From an uncultured Gammaproteobacteria bacterium (GTDB lineage Bacteria > Patescibacteriota > Patescibacteriia > Magasanikbacterales > JBBTQS01): DNA of 64,000 bases. The notes beneath the pieces were generated by a model. It worked only from the letters and a program-made list of their open reading frames with translations, did not search any database and was not told the origin of the DNA. Positions within the stretch are counted from its first letter, which is position 1. Every line of letters starts with the position of its first letter. The DNA lies in assembly GCA_964627055.1 (NCBI GenBank), contig CAZVGV010000001.1, positions 19,620-83,619 of the forward strand. Direction: 5' to 3'. A program made the translations under genes and the position numbers. Positions 47,986-57,070 of this stretch are shown piece after piece.

Positions 47986-48501
47986 CTAGTGCATCTCAGT
48001 GTTTTTGATTTTGGTAATGAGTGGCTCTTGTTCGATGCGCAACATGAACTGCTCAGTGAGTCTGGTATCAAAAGTCATGTGGTGCGGACGGTGTGATGAT
48101 GCGATCGCAATACCGCGAGCTTCGAGTGCTGCGACAATTCGCGGTACATTTCCGTCAGATGGATACACTTCAACGTGATCGAAGCCTCGTAACTGGCTGA
48201 GATCTGGTTTCTGATCAGACAATTCGATGTATTCTATTGGTCCGCATGCAGATTGCAGCGGAATAGTCAGCCTGCAAATCGCGATTCGACGTTGCGAGAT
48301 GATGGATTGATAGAGAAATGCTGAACGACCCTCTAGAAGTGTGCGCATTGCCTCAAATTCTGCCGTGGTTGAACACTTGAATCCAAGATGGTCGGCTCGG
48401 ACATCTTGCGTTGTGTTGTTTGTAATGACGAACCTGTCTAATTCCTGCAGAACCTCTTGTGCATCTTGGAGAATGTCAGTCCATGAAGGGGTATAGAGCA
48501 T
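47986..48501 (-). CDS. VOC (glyoxalase/bleomycin-resistance/dioxygenase) superfamily protein
   Basis: Paired beta-alpha-beta-beta-beta modules with candidate metal ligands in ADHLGFKC and FDHVEVY. Confidence 0.4.
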   Translation of the reverse strand: MLYTPSWTDILQDAQEVLQELDRFVITNNTTQDVRADHLGFKCSTTAEFEAMRTLLEGRSAFLYQSIISQRRIAICRLTIPLQSACGPIEYIELSDQKPDLSQLRGFDHVEVYPSDGNVPRIVAALEARGIAIASSHRPHHMTFDTRLTEQFMLRIEQEPLITKIKNTEMH

Positions 48502-48529
48502 ATGCCTCTAGTGTAGCACGCACAGAGAA

Positions 48530-49018
48530 CTATTGCTCAGTTGGTTGTTCAGAAATTGTAAGGATTTTGCCGCTGGTATCGAGGGAGAGAATAACTTCAA
48601 GGGTATAAGGTGATGAGGTGCGATATACAAGATCGCGAAATGATTGGAGCGTCATTGATTCGTCGAAGTGTGGTCCGTGATCAGGAGTGGTTGCGTAGCT
48701 GCCGTCCGGGGAGCGTTCATAGATTTGCAGGTCCACAGAAGAGGCGAGGGGGTACCATACTACAGCACGAGTCCCGTCAGTGGGTTCGATACCCAATTGT
48801 AGGACATCTCCAACTTCTTGTATCTCGTAAACAAAGCCACGCACGGAACTGAGCTGCACAAGTGTGCTTGTGGACTGTGTTGTTGTTTGTGGTAGTTCTG
48901 CCAGCGTCATTTGCTGTCTGGTTTGTGGAGAATCAAACCGTGGCGTGGAGATCCCGAAGTACACTCCAACTCCAACGAGCAAAAACAAAAGAGATATCGT
49001 AATCATTCGTATAACCAT
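48530..49018 (-). CDS. Hypothetical membrane-anchored protein (162 aa)
   Basis: N-terminal TM MVIRMITISLLFLLVGVGVYF. No known domain. Confidence 0.4.
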   Translation of the reverse strand: MVIRMITISLLFLLVGVGVYFGISTPRFDSPQTRQQMTLAELPQTTTQSTSTLVQLSSVRGFVYEIQEVGDVLQLGIEPTDGTRAVVWYPLASSVDLQIYERSPDGSYATTPDHGPHFDESMTLQSFRDLVYRTSSPYTLEVILSLDTSGKILTISEQPTEQ

Positions 49019-49058
49019 AGTACGGCCAGTATAGCGTATTCGTGGTAAGGCCGCACTG

Positions 49059-49182
49059 TTGACAGTGCAAATGATTTGCAGTAGTATCTATTTGCAGTTC
49101 AGTTGCAATACAGTTTCCGCTGTGAAAGCGGGGCTGCAATGGTTCGTAAAGATATTCTATTCGTGATATGCAAATTGCATTT
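49059..49182 (+). promoter_or_regulatory. Consensus promoter (TTGACA-17-TAGTAT) with Fur-family-like 7-1-7 operator TGCAAAT-G-ATTTGCA in the spacer, plus further ATTTGCA/TGCAAAT heptamers at 49090..49110 and over the start codon (49169..49182)
   Basis: -35 at 49059..49064 and -10 at 49082..49087. Perfect palindrome at 49066..49080 with the same 7-1-7 architecture as Fur/Zur/PerR boxes. At least four copies of the heptamer lie within about 115 bp. Confidence 0.5.
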
Positions 49183-50139
49183 GTAGGTAAGGGTGGTTCG
49201 GGTAAGACGACGCTTTGTACGTTGTTTATTCGATCGCTATTGGCAACAGGGAAGCAGGTGCTGGCACTTGATGCGGATATTAACATGCATCTCGCCCAGG
49301 CCTTGGGCGTTCCAGGTACGTCGAGCAAAGCATTGTCTTCACCGGACAATGCAGTCTTCGTGCGGGAGTATCTTCGGGGTACCAATCCGCGCATTCCATC
49401 AGCAGAAGCCTTCCTCAAGACGACGCCTCCAGGTCGAGGGTCGCGGAGTGTTCGTGTAGAAGGCGCACACCCGATTATTCTTGCGCTTGGTACCGCATTT
49501 GACTCCAATGGCTGGCTGTTGCATGTAGGTACATACGAAAAAGAGGATATTGGCACAAGTTGTTACCACGGAAATCTATCGGTGGCAGAAAATCTGTTGT
49601 CGCATGCGGTGACCGATGCCGAACACTGGGTGGTCACTGATATGGTTGCTGGCACTGATGCGTTTTCAAATACGCTTCATGCACAATTTGACCATATTTT
49701 CCTGGTAGTTGAGCCAACCCCAGAAGGCGTTGGGGTGTTTCGGCAATATAAGGAATTGGCAATGGAGGCGCAGGTTTGGGATCGAATCTCAGTTATTGGC
49801 AACAAGATAGAGACACCAGAAGATGCAGCGTATCTCAAGCAACATGTTGGTGATGCGCTTGTTGCATGTGTGCCGGCACTTCGTGCAATTCGGAGTGCTC
49901 GGCAAAATGATGAACTGCTCTTTCCAGAAGCACTTGGCTTGTTAGGATTGTACGCAGATCTTATTGCACGTGTTGCAGCTACGGCAACACATAAGGATAG
50001 TAAGCTGCCACGCCTTTATGAACTCCATCGTGCATACGCGAGCCAACCGTACGCGCAAAAAATGTTTGGAGACCTCGTGGGGCAGATCGATGACGCGTTC
50101 TCGTACGACTCCTTTGCTCCGTACTATGCTACGCGTTAG
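49168..50139 (+). CDS. MinD/ParA-superfamily P-loop ATPase of the CooC-like metallochaperone type
   Basis: N-terminal IAFVGKGGSGKTTL...VLALDADIN, then DMVAGTDAFS...FLVVEPTPEGV resembling CooC. Candidate metal-binding C-Y-H (GTSCYHGN) where CooC carries CxC. Confidence 0.55.
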   Translation: MQIAFVGKGGSGKTTLCTLFIRSLLATGKQVLALDADINMHLAQALGVPGTSSKALSSPDNAVFVREYLRGTNPRIPSAEAFLKTTPPGRGSRSVRVEGAHPIILALGTAFDSNGWLLHVGTYEKEDIGTSCYHGNLSVAENLLSHAVTDAEHWVVTDMVAGTDAFSNTLHAQFDHIFLVVEPTPEGVGVFRQYKELAMEAQVWDRISVIGNKIETPEDAAYLKQHVGDALVACVPALRAIRSARQNDELLFPEALGLLGLYADLIARVAATATHKDSKLPRLYELHRAYASQPYAQKMFGDLVGQIDDAFSYDSFAPYYATR

Positions 50140-51556
50140 ACCGGCACTTCACACACATGTCTCGACACTACTAGCTCAGCAGCCATCATTGTTGGAGGAG
50201 TTGGTTCATGGGATGGGTTCGCCATTGAATGTGGTTTTTCCTACCCACGTACAACAGACAGTCGCATCGTTTGATTCGGTACTCCGAGAAGAGGGTGTGG
50301 AAGGTGCGGTGTATGTTTCACACAAGCCGAATCGCTCAGTAGCAGTGAAGCGACAGCTCGCAACAATACATGCCGGTGCTGACGTGTCATCGCATGAGGA
50401 GTTGGTACAAGCGTTGGCGGCGGGGTATACAGGAGATCGTATTATCGCAACCGGGATCAAGAACGCCTCGTACATTCGATTAGCACTCGAGCATCGTGTA
50501 ACACTTATTGCGGATAGTATTGATGAGATTGTGCGTATTGCAGCAGCTGCGCGGGAGCGTGAATATGTGGGGTCTGTGTTGATTCGGTTGAATCATTTCT
50601 CCTCACCTCATGTTCGAATGCAGTCCCAGGAAACGCGATTCGGTATACGTGTGGAGGAAGTCACATCGGCGATTGCTGTATTGGTTAGGGAGCAGCGGTA
50701 CGTACGATTTGTTGGTTTTGCATTTCATTTCTCCAAACCAACCGCACAGGAGCGTATCGCTGCAGTAGAGCAAACTCTTGCGGCGCATATGGAGGCGGTT
50801 GCGGAAGGGTTGAGTCCGACAGTTATCGATATTGGTGGAGGTTTTCCAGTGGCGATGGCTGCTTCTGTTGAGGAATGGAATACGTATACCACTGCACTCA
50901 AACAGTCGGTCATACGTCCAGAGATCTCATTGACGTGGAATGATCATGGATTGGGGTATCGTCGTGATGCATCGGGCGCACTGGCAGGCGGTCCTGTGTT
51001 TGAAGAACAAGTGCCAGATCGGATTGGAGCAGAGGATTTGCGAGCAACATTGCGCTTGGCATTACCGTCATTTCAAGAGCAATCTGTAGCAGATGTCCTG
51101 CGAGATTTGATGCTCACGATTTGGGTTGAACCAGGTCGTGCAATATTCGATCAAGTGGGTTGTACTGTTGCACGAGTTTTGGATGTGAAGCATTCCGCGC
51201 ATGGTGAAACAGTCGTGGTATTGGATATGAATTATTCGAATCTGAATGCGACTGAATTTACGTATATGGTTGATCCATTGTTTGTTGGATCTCAATCATC
51301 GGATCAGACGGATGCGCCAACAGGCATGTACTTCGCGGGCAATTTATGTCTGAGTGACATGATCATTCGGCGTAAGGTATTTATGTCACGCGTGCCGAGA
51401 CCGGGGGAGCTCATGCTGTTTGCTAACACTGCAGCGTATCGTATGGACTTTGTGGAGAGCTCTGTGTTGCTACAACCTACTGCAGCAAAGGTTGCGATGT
51501 GGCCTGACGGCACACAGTGGCGATGGTGCATAGATAGTAAGTATGAACCGAAATAA
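50128..51556 (+). CDS. Fold-type III PLP-dependent decarboxylase (Orn/DAP/Arg decarboxylase family, LysA/SbnH-like)
   Basis: Alanine-racemase-like TIM barrel plus beta-sandwich; HVSHKPNR contains the candidate PLP lysine region, and GGGFPV and EPGRAIF motifs are present. Start overlaps the upstream gene's stop (ATG 50128); the ORF extends to 49964. Confidence 0.65.
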
Positions 51557-51561
51557 CAGGT

Positions 51562-52887
51562 ATGATCTATCGAAAAATTACCGAGGGAATAGGGAACACA
51601 CCACTCTTGTGGATTGATCCAGCAGTTCATGGGTTGCGTAACGTAGATGTGTACGCGAAGTTGGAGTACATGAATCCTTTTGGTTCTGTAAAGGATCGAA
51701 TTGCTTGGGGAATCGTGGCGCCAGACATTGCATCAATACAGGAAAAGAAACAGACAATTATTGAGATGTCGAGTGGCAACACAGCGAAGGCGCTTCAGGC
51801 GGTTGCGTCCATTCATGGTGTTTCGTTCAAGACCATTACAAATCGCATTAAGGTGCCTGAGCAGAAGGCGATTCTTCGTATGCTTGGTGCACACATCGAA
51901 GAATTGCCCGGGACAACTGACTGCTATGATCCTTCAGATCCCAATGATCCGTACGTGTATATCCAGCGCGAGATTGCGAGTGCAGGGGATGCTGCGTACT
52001 TTACGTCGCAATACACCAATGAACGGAATTTGGAGACGCACTACGCAACTACAGGCGAAGAGATTCTGCGTGACGTCCCTGTGGTGGATTATTTTTTTGG
52101 TGGTGTTGGAACCAGCGGATCTACGCGCGGTGTAGCACAGAAGCTACTGGAGCGAAATCCAAACCTCAAGACTGTTGGTATCGCAGCATCCAAACACGAC
52201 TTCATCCCCGGGATTCGAAATCAGGACGAACTCATGGAAGTGGGGCTGTTTGATCCGGCATTCTACGCACAAATGCAAATGGTTCGCTCGTCAGATGCTG
52301 TCGATCGAACTCTTGAATTGGTCCGAGGTACCGGTATGATGTGCGGCCCAACCACTGGAGCGTGCTATGAAGGCATGCTTTCCTATCTGCGTCCGATTGA
52401 TGCAACGCTGACGGAGCGAAAGGTGGCGGTGTTCATTGCGTGTGACCGATTGGAGTGGTATGTCTCGTATGTGAGAGAGCGCCGACCGGATATCTTTCAG
52501 GAAGCAGCACCAAAACAAAGTATCCATGCACTTTCAGATGAACAAATCGCGGGAGCAAATGTGCTCATGCCAGAACAGGCGCTTGAGTGGATCGGGACAC
52601 ACCATCCATTGATCATCGATATTCGAGGGCACCAAGCGTACCATTTACTGCATATTCGGGATTCGTTGAACTTGCCAGATGCTCATCTGCGGCCGCTTAT
52701 TGAGAATGGTGATCCGTTCCCGAAGGAGCGTCCGTTGTTGTTGGTATGCCCACGTGGTGAACGATCGCGTGTGTATGCTGCGTATCTTGCTACGCGAGGG
52801 TACAATGCATTCTCGCTACAGGGCGGCTTGTATGGGTGGAAAGATACAGGATTGCCACTACACACGCTTACCTATTGTGCCGTATAG
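51562..52887 (+). CDS. Fold-type II PLP enzyme (cysteine synthase CysK/SbnA-like) fused to a C-terminal rhodanese domain
   Basis: AKLEYMNPFGSVKDR (PLP-Lys), SSGNTAKALQ and the GVGTSGST glycine loop. C-terminal ~110 aa rhodanese with active-site loop LLVCPRGERSRV. Confidence 0.7.
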   Translation: MIYRKITEGIGNTPLLWIDPAVHGLRNVDVYAKLEYMNPFGSVKDRIAWGIVAPDIASIQEKKQTIIEMSSGNTAKALQAVASIHGVSFKTITNRIKVPEQKAILRMLGAHIEELPGTTDCYDPSDPNDPYVYIQREIASAGDAAYFTSQYTNERNLETHYATTGEEILRDVPVVDYFFGGVGTSGSTRGVAQKLLERNPNLKTVGIAASKHDFIPGIRNQDELMEVGLFDPAFYAQMQMVRSSDAVDRTLELVRGTGMMCGPTTGACYEGMLSYLRPIDATLTERKVAVFIACDRLEWYVSYVRERRPDIFQEAAPKQSIHALSDEQIAGANVLMPEQALEWIGTHHPLIIDIRGHQAYHLLHIRDSLNLPDAHLRPLIENGDPFPKERPLLLVCPRGERSRVYAAYLATRGYNAFSLQGGLYGWKDTGLPLHTLTYCAV

Positions 52888-52925
52888 GTGGACGTACCAG
52901 AGCACTCAGGGTATACTGGCGCCGT

Positions 52926-53309
52926 ATGGCAAGCATTATTGAGCATGTGAAGGAGTCCGGTGCCAAGCTCACTGGTCCACGCCGTGAGATTATCGAGTAC
53001 ATCGAGAATCTCGACGGCATTTTTGCTGCTGCGCAGATCGCGAAGGCGCTCAAGCCGATCGATACGGTTTCGGTGTACCGCACACTGCAGTTGCTCAAGG
53101 ACATCGACATGATCCACCCGAGCATTGTATTCGAAGGCGAACAGTATTATGAATTGCACGGACACGAAGATCATCATCATCACGCCGTATGCACGAGCTG
53201 CCGCGAGGCGCGGTGTGTTGAATGCAAGATCTCTGTTTCCAAATTAAGAGGGTTTACGGTAAACGACCACAATCTGGTGCTCACTGGATTGTGCAATTCC
53301 TGCAAATAG
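52926..53309 (+). CDS. Fur-family metalloregulator
   Basis: N-terminal winged helix (LTGPRREIIEYIENL...) and a C-terminal metal-binding HxH...CxxC...CxxC region (HEDHHHHAVCTSCREARCVEC). Confidence 0.75.
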   Translation: MASIIEHVKESGAKLTGPRREIIEYIENLDGIFAAAQIAKALKPIDTVSVYRTLQLLKDIDMIHPSIVFEGEQYYELHGHEDHHHHAVCTSCREARCVECKISVSKLRGFTVNDHNLVLTGLCNSCK

Positions 53310-53379
53310 TTGCAGATTCCGGTAGGTGTGGTAGAGTCGTCGCGGTTTCGGCATGCAACGCCGAAAAAGGAGAACCACC

Positions 53380-53601
53380 ATGGTATTCAAACAAGGAAAT
53401 CGGGTCAAGGTTCAGCCGAGGTGCTGCTTCGATGGACCGCCTGGTCTCGATCCGGTTCTGGTCAGGAACCGTGACCTTGGTGACGTTGAGGGCAACTACC
53501 TCGATCGTCTCAGCACCGCACCCGACTACCACATCGTGATCACCGTCGGTGGGAAACGCGCGGTATATCACACGACGGAACTCACGCACGCACACCCATG
53601 A
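53380..53601 (+). CDS. Small hypothetical protein (73 aa), GC3-rich
   Basis: Strong Shine-Dalgarno AAAGGAG 8 nt upstream of the ATG; followed by a terminator. Possibly a small beta-barrel protein; no firm family. Confidence 0.4.
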   Translation: MVFKQGNRVKVQPRCCFDGPPGLDPVLVRNRDLGDVEGNYLDRLSTAPDYHIVITVGGKRAVYHTTELTHAHP

Positions 53602-53633
53602 CAACTGGGCGTGAGTCGGCAGACACACGAAAC

Positions 53634-53672
53634 GGCCTGCAGCGGTAAACCCACTGCAGGCCGTCGTCTTTT
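53634..53672. terminator. Bidirectional intrinsic terminator (GGCCTGCAG/CTGCAGGCC stem)
   Basis: 9-bp stem, 12-nt loop, then GTCGTCTTTTC; A-rich on the other side. Confidence 0.5.
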
Positions 53673-53688
53673 CAAATGGAAATAAGAA

Positions 53689-54888
53689 CTACTTGATCAC
53701 GACTTTGCCCAAGAACTGTTCGATGAATGGAACGCTTGGGAATTTGCCCATATCGATTTCATCCTTGTCAGCCTTGCGGATGGAATGTGGTGTATGGAAG
53801 TAGAATCCAACAAGGTTGTTCGAAGAAGGTGACTTCGTGAATGCGAAGGAGAGTAACTTCCATTCAACGGTCTTGCCCTTATTCCCAGTGCAGGACCGAT
53901 AGAACGTCAGGAACGTGTATGCCTGGCCATTGTAGGTTGCTTCGTTGACAGTTGGCTCGCTCACCCCGCAAACACGATCACGATACTTCTTGAATGCGCC
54001 TTCTGACTCTGTCTTCATGTTCTTGTAGAAGAGATCAGCGAATTCAGCCGCGGTCATTGCGCGGTCGTCTTCGTCTGCACTTTCGAATCCTTCAATGTGC
54101 TTGATGTTCACCGTCTGTGCCTTGGGGTTTGCGGTTTCGATCTCACGAGTTTTGCCACCACTGCTCAATGCTGCAACCCAAGCATTAGGGATCTTGAGGA
54201 GCCCCTTGCCGTTGTCGTCGAGTACGCCAAACGGTCGAACGGGGAGGGAGACTGATGCGATGCTTGGTGTGCGCTTCGCAATGAAGGCTGCATTCTTTTC
54301 GTCGTAGAACATCCATCCGTCAGCGTCTACGCGAGTGATATCTTGCATTTCTTTGCGGCAATTGTAACGAGCAGATGCCTCGTAGGATCCGTTAAATGAG
54401 TATGTATACCCGGCACGGAATCCTTCGTCGTAGAATTTATTGCCTGCACCAGCTCCGCGAGGCTTGTCATTGAAAATCTGAATGATCTGTGCGAGGTCGT
54501 TCTTGGCAATGTCATAGCCAGTGAACCAGCCGCGATCATAGTTCTTGCCTTTGCTGCCGATGATAATGCGAGAATTGTCGAGGCAGGCAAGTGGGAGCTT
54601 CGCATCTGTCATGACACGGAATCGATAGGCTCCTGTGCCAGTAGGTTCTTTAAACTTATCTGCGCCGTAGTAGCCTTGTAGCACGATTCCTTCTGGTGCT
54701 GGAAACTTGCCTTTGTAATTCGCTTCCTTGAATGATTTGACAGTGATGCCTTTGTTGAGGACGCGCGCTTCTCCTGGCCGAACCGGATTAGGTGCTGCAG
54801 CTGGTGCGGCGAACGCAACCATCGATGGAGCCATGAGCGCAACGGTAAGTGCACCAACAGCAATCACCGAAGCTGATCGTGTATGCAT
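53689..54888 (-). CDS. Secreted hypothetical protein (399 aa), Lys-rich
   Basis: Clear signal peptide MHTRSASVIAVGALTVALMAPSMVAFAAPAAAP. No recognisable domain. Slightly AT-richer than the flanks. Confidence 0.5.
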   Translation of the reverse strand: MHTRSASVIAVGALTVALMAPSMVAFAAPAAAPNPVRPGEARVLNKGITVKSFKEANYKGKFPAPEGIVLQGYYGADKFKEPTGTGAYRFRVMTDAKLPLACLDNSRIIIGSKGKNYDRGWFTGYDIAKNDLAQIIQIFNDKPRGAGAGNKFYDEGFRAGYTYSFNGSYEASARYNCRKEMQDITRVDADGWMFYDEKNAAFIAKRTPSIASVSLPVRPFGVLDDNGKGLLKIPNAWVAALSSGGKTREIETANPKAQTVNIKHIEGFESADEDDRAMTAAEFADLFYKNMKTESEGAFKKYRDRVCGVSEPTVNEATYNGQAYTFLTFYRSCTGNKGKTVEWKLLSFAFTKSPSSNNLVGFYFHTPHSIRKADKDEIDMGKFPSVPFIEQFLGKVVIK

Positions 54889-54898
54889 AGAAAAAAAG

Positions 54899-55423
54899 TT
54901 ATGCGTTTAGTATAGCACGTGGTGCTGTTTCGACTCTATATTCTGCGATGCGATGTTGATCATCAAAACCAAAATCGTACCACAGTGGCTCGTGTGAGCT
55001 CCGCATGCCGGTGAAAAAGTACGGGATGTTCTCGACGATAGTTGTGTTGGTATGGTCCATTGCGAAGCTCACGGGGTGCCACTGCAATTTGCCCTCGCGC
55101 ATGTCGTGTGATTCGAACGGTCGCTGCCATGTGTCTGGGAAGGTAAACGCAAACACGTGCATGCCACCTTCAGGCTGCGCATCTTTTGGGTGCCATGTCA
55201 CGATACCCAGTTCGCGACAGTGTGCTTGGGCGGTGTCGAACCCGGTCTCTTCACAGGTTTCGCGCTGTGCGCATTGTGCAGGTGTCTCGCCAGGTTCGAT
55301 TTTGCCACCGACGCCGTTCCAATGATTGAGATTTGGCTCTTTTGCACGCAATAACAAGAGGATGTCACCGCGGTGGAGGCAAAAGCAAAGGGTGTATTTG
55401 CGTGCGGGGAGCGGGGTACTCAT
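54899..55423 (-). CDS. NUDIX hydrolase
   Basis: Nudix box GVGGKIEPGETPAQCAQRETCEETG. Conserved start MSTPLPARK; the ORF extends to 55537. Confidence 0.8.
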   Translation of the reverse strand: MSTPLPARKYTLCFCLHRGDILLLLRAKEPNLNHWNGVGGKIEPGETPAQCAQRETCEETGFDTAQAHCRELGIVTWHPKDAQPEGGMHVFAFTFPDTWQRPFESHDMREGKLQWHPVSFAMDHTNTTIVENIPYFFTGMRSSHEPLWYDFGFDDQHRIAEYRVETAPRAILNA

Positions 55424-55424
55424 G

Positions 55425-55949
55425 TTATCCAAGCTTTTGTGCGAACCAGATGAGTTCATCTGCAAACTCGGTGATGCGCTTGTGGTAGCGGTCGGCATCT
55501 GCGGGGAGTCCAGCCTCGTCGAAGAGGGTTTCGACATTCGGGAACTGCACTGCTTTTTTGATCACAACCATGCCGAGGTCGATGAGTACTGGCTTGATGT
55601 GATCAGCCATGCGCACGCCTCCGAAGGAGCCACTGGATACACTGCAGATGCCGACAGGTTTGTGTCGATATTCTTCATCGAGCGAGTCAATGAGAATTTT
55701 GAGTTCGCCTGGGAAGCTGTGGTTATATTCGGGACTCACAATAATGAAGCCGTCAGCCTTGGCAGCGATGGATTGCCATGGTGCAACGTCGCCACCTTCA
55801 GTTGCACCAAAGAGGTGATCGCGCACATCGACAAATTCGACAGTGAGGTCGGATCGGTTTTGGAGGTGCGCAAAAACGAATTTCGCTACTTTTTCGGACT
55901 GTCTGCCGACACGGGCTGTGCCGAGCACGAGTGCTAGGTGTGGTGTCAT
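55425..55949 (-). CDS. NADPH-dependent FMN reductase (flavodoxin-like, SsuE/YieF family)
   Basis: LALVLGTARVGRQSEKVAKFV N-terminus and IIVSPEYNHSFPGELK motif. Conserved start MTPHLALVLG; the ORF extends to 56096. Confidence 0.75.
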   Translation of the reverse strand: MTPHLALVLGTARVGRQSEKVAKFVFAHLQNRSDLTVEFVDVRDHLFGATEGGDVAPWQSIAAKADGFIIVSPEYNHSFPGELKILIDSLDEEYRHKPVGICSVSSGSFGGVRMADHIKPVLIDLGMVVIKKAVQFPNVETLFDEAGLPADADRYHKRITEFADELIWFAQKLG

Positions 55950-56002
55950 AGAATAATATGGAGAGTTGCTCGTGTATTGAGCATATAGTAGTGTACCATT
56001 AT

Positions 56003-56419
56003 ATGAAAATAGCACTCTGTCACAGCATGCAGTACGCGGAGAAAGCGCTCGAAGTCGCTGACTGGTTCGCAAGCCAGGGGCACGAGGCATTCCCATCCAG
56101 CTTTTCTACACAATACGTGGGGCTTACGGATGAGGAAAAGGAAGTTCTCAAGCTTGAACATAAGTACCATCATGACGCGATGCGTGAGCATTGGAACGTC
56201 ATTGAGAAGTGTGATCGTGTGTTGGTCCTCAATTACGAGAAGCATGGCATCGCGGGGTATATTGGGGGTAATGCATTTTTGGAGATGGGGTTTGCGTATA
56301 TTCTGCGCAAGCCGATGTACCTCTTCAATCGTATTCCAGAAATGCCGTATTATCAGACTGAGATTATCGCCATGGCACCGATCGTAGTGCATGGAGACCT
56401 TGCTAAAGTACTGCAGTAG
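56003..56419 (+). CDS. Nucleoside 2-deoxyribosyltransferase-like (Rossmann-like) protein
   Basis: Motif GIAGYIGGNAFLEMGFAYILRKPMYL matches the PF05014-type D/NxGTxxExGyAxaxgKP signature. Confidence 0.5.
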   Translation: MKIALCHSMQYAEKALEVADWFASQGHEAFPSSFSTQYVGLTDEEKEVLKLEHKYHHDAMREHWNVIEKCDRVLVLNYEKHGIAGYIGGNAFLEMGFAYILRKPMYLFNRIPEMPYYQTEIIAMAPIVVHGDLAKVLQ

Positions 56420-56420
56420 T

Positions 56421-57038
56421 ATGCCGACGAAAGCAATTCTTTTTGATGCCGATGGCGTGACCATTCTCGGCGACCGGTTTAGTGTGCAGTATGCGCGTGA
56501 TTTCGGTGTGCCTACGACCACACTTGATGCGTTTTTTAAGACTGAAGCGTTTGCGCAGTGCTTGCTAGGACATGGGGACTTGAAGGAAATCATCGCGCCG
56601 TATCTCGACTCCTGGCAGTGGAAGGGAAGTGTGGATGAACTCCTCGCGTATTGGTTCCGTGCGGAGAGCGGCGTTGATCAACAGCTTGTAGCGTGGGTAC
56701 GCGAACTTCGCGCACGTGGTGTGCGTTGCTACCTCGCGACCAACAATGAACCGTATCGCACGCAGTATTTGCGCGAGCATGTTGGCCTTGGCGAGGTATT
56801 CGACGGCATCTACTCGTCCGGCGAAATCGGGGTCAAAAAACACGATCCGAAGTATTTCGAAATTGTGTACGCGTCACTGATAGAACTCGGCGTCGAAAAG
56901 TCAGAAGTAGTGCTTTTCGACGATTTGCAGGCGAACATTGATTGCGCGCAGCAGTTTGGTTTTGAGGCGCATTTTTACACCACGCTTGAGGACGCGCAGG
57001 CATGGTTGACGGCACAAGAGACCATTGCTAGTCTCTAA
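56421..57038 (+). CDS. HAD-superfamily hydrolase (beta-phosphoglucomutase/phosphatase-like)
   Basis: Motif I ILFDADGV, motif II LATNN, motif III K and motif IV FDDLQAN. Confidence 0.75.
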   Translation: MPTKAILFDADGVTILGDRFSVQYARDFGVPTTTLDAFFKTEAFAQCLLGHGDLKEIIAPYLDSWQWKGSVDELLAYWFRAESGVDQQLVAWVRELRARGVRCYLATNNEPYRTQYLREHVGLGEVFDGIYSSGEIGVKKHDPKYFEIVYASLIELGVEKSEVVLFDDLQANIDCAQQFGFEAHFYTTLEDAQAWLTAQETIASL

Positions 57039-57070
57039 AAGGCCTGCACCACCGGCCAGGAGGAAACCGC

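Noticed and set aside
53380-53601. FeoA-like identity for the 73-aa protein after the Fur gene
   Set aside because: It lacks the L..LG..PG core of FeoA. Only generic small beta-barrel-like features are present, so it is left as hypothetical.
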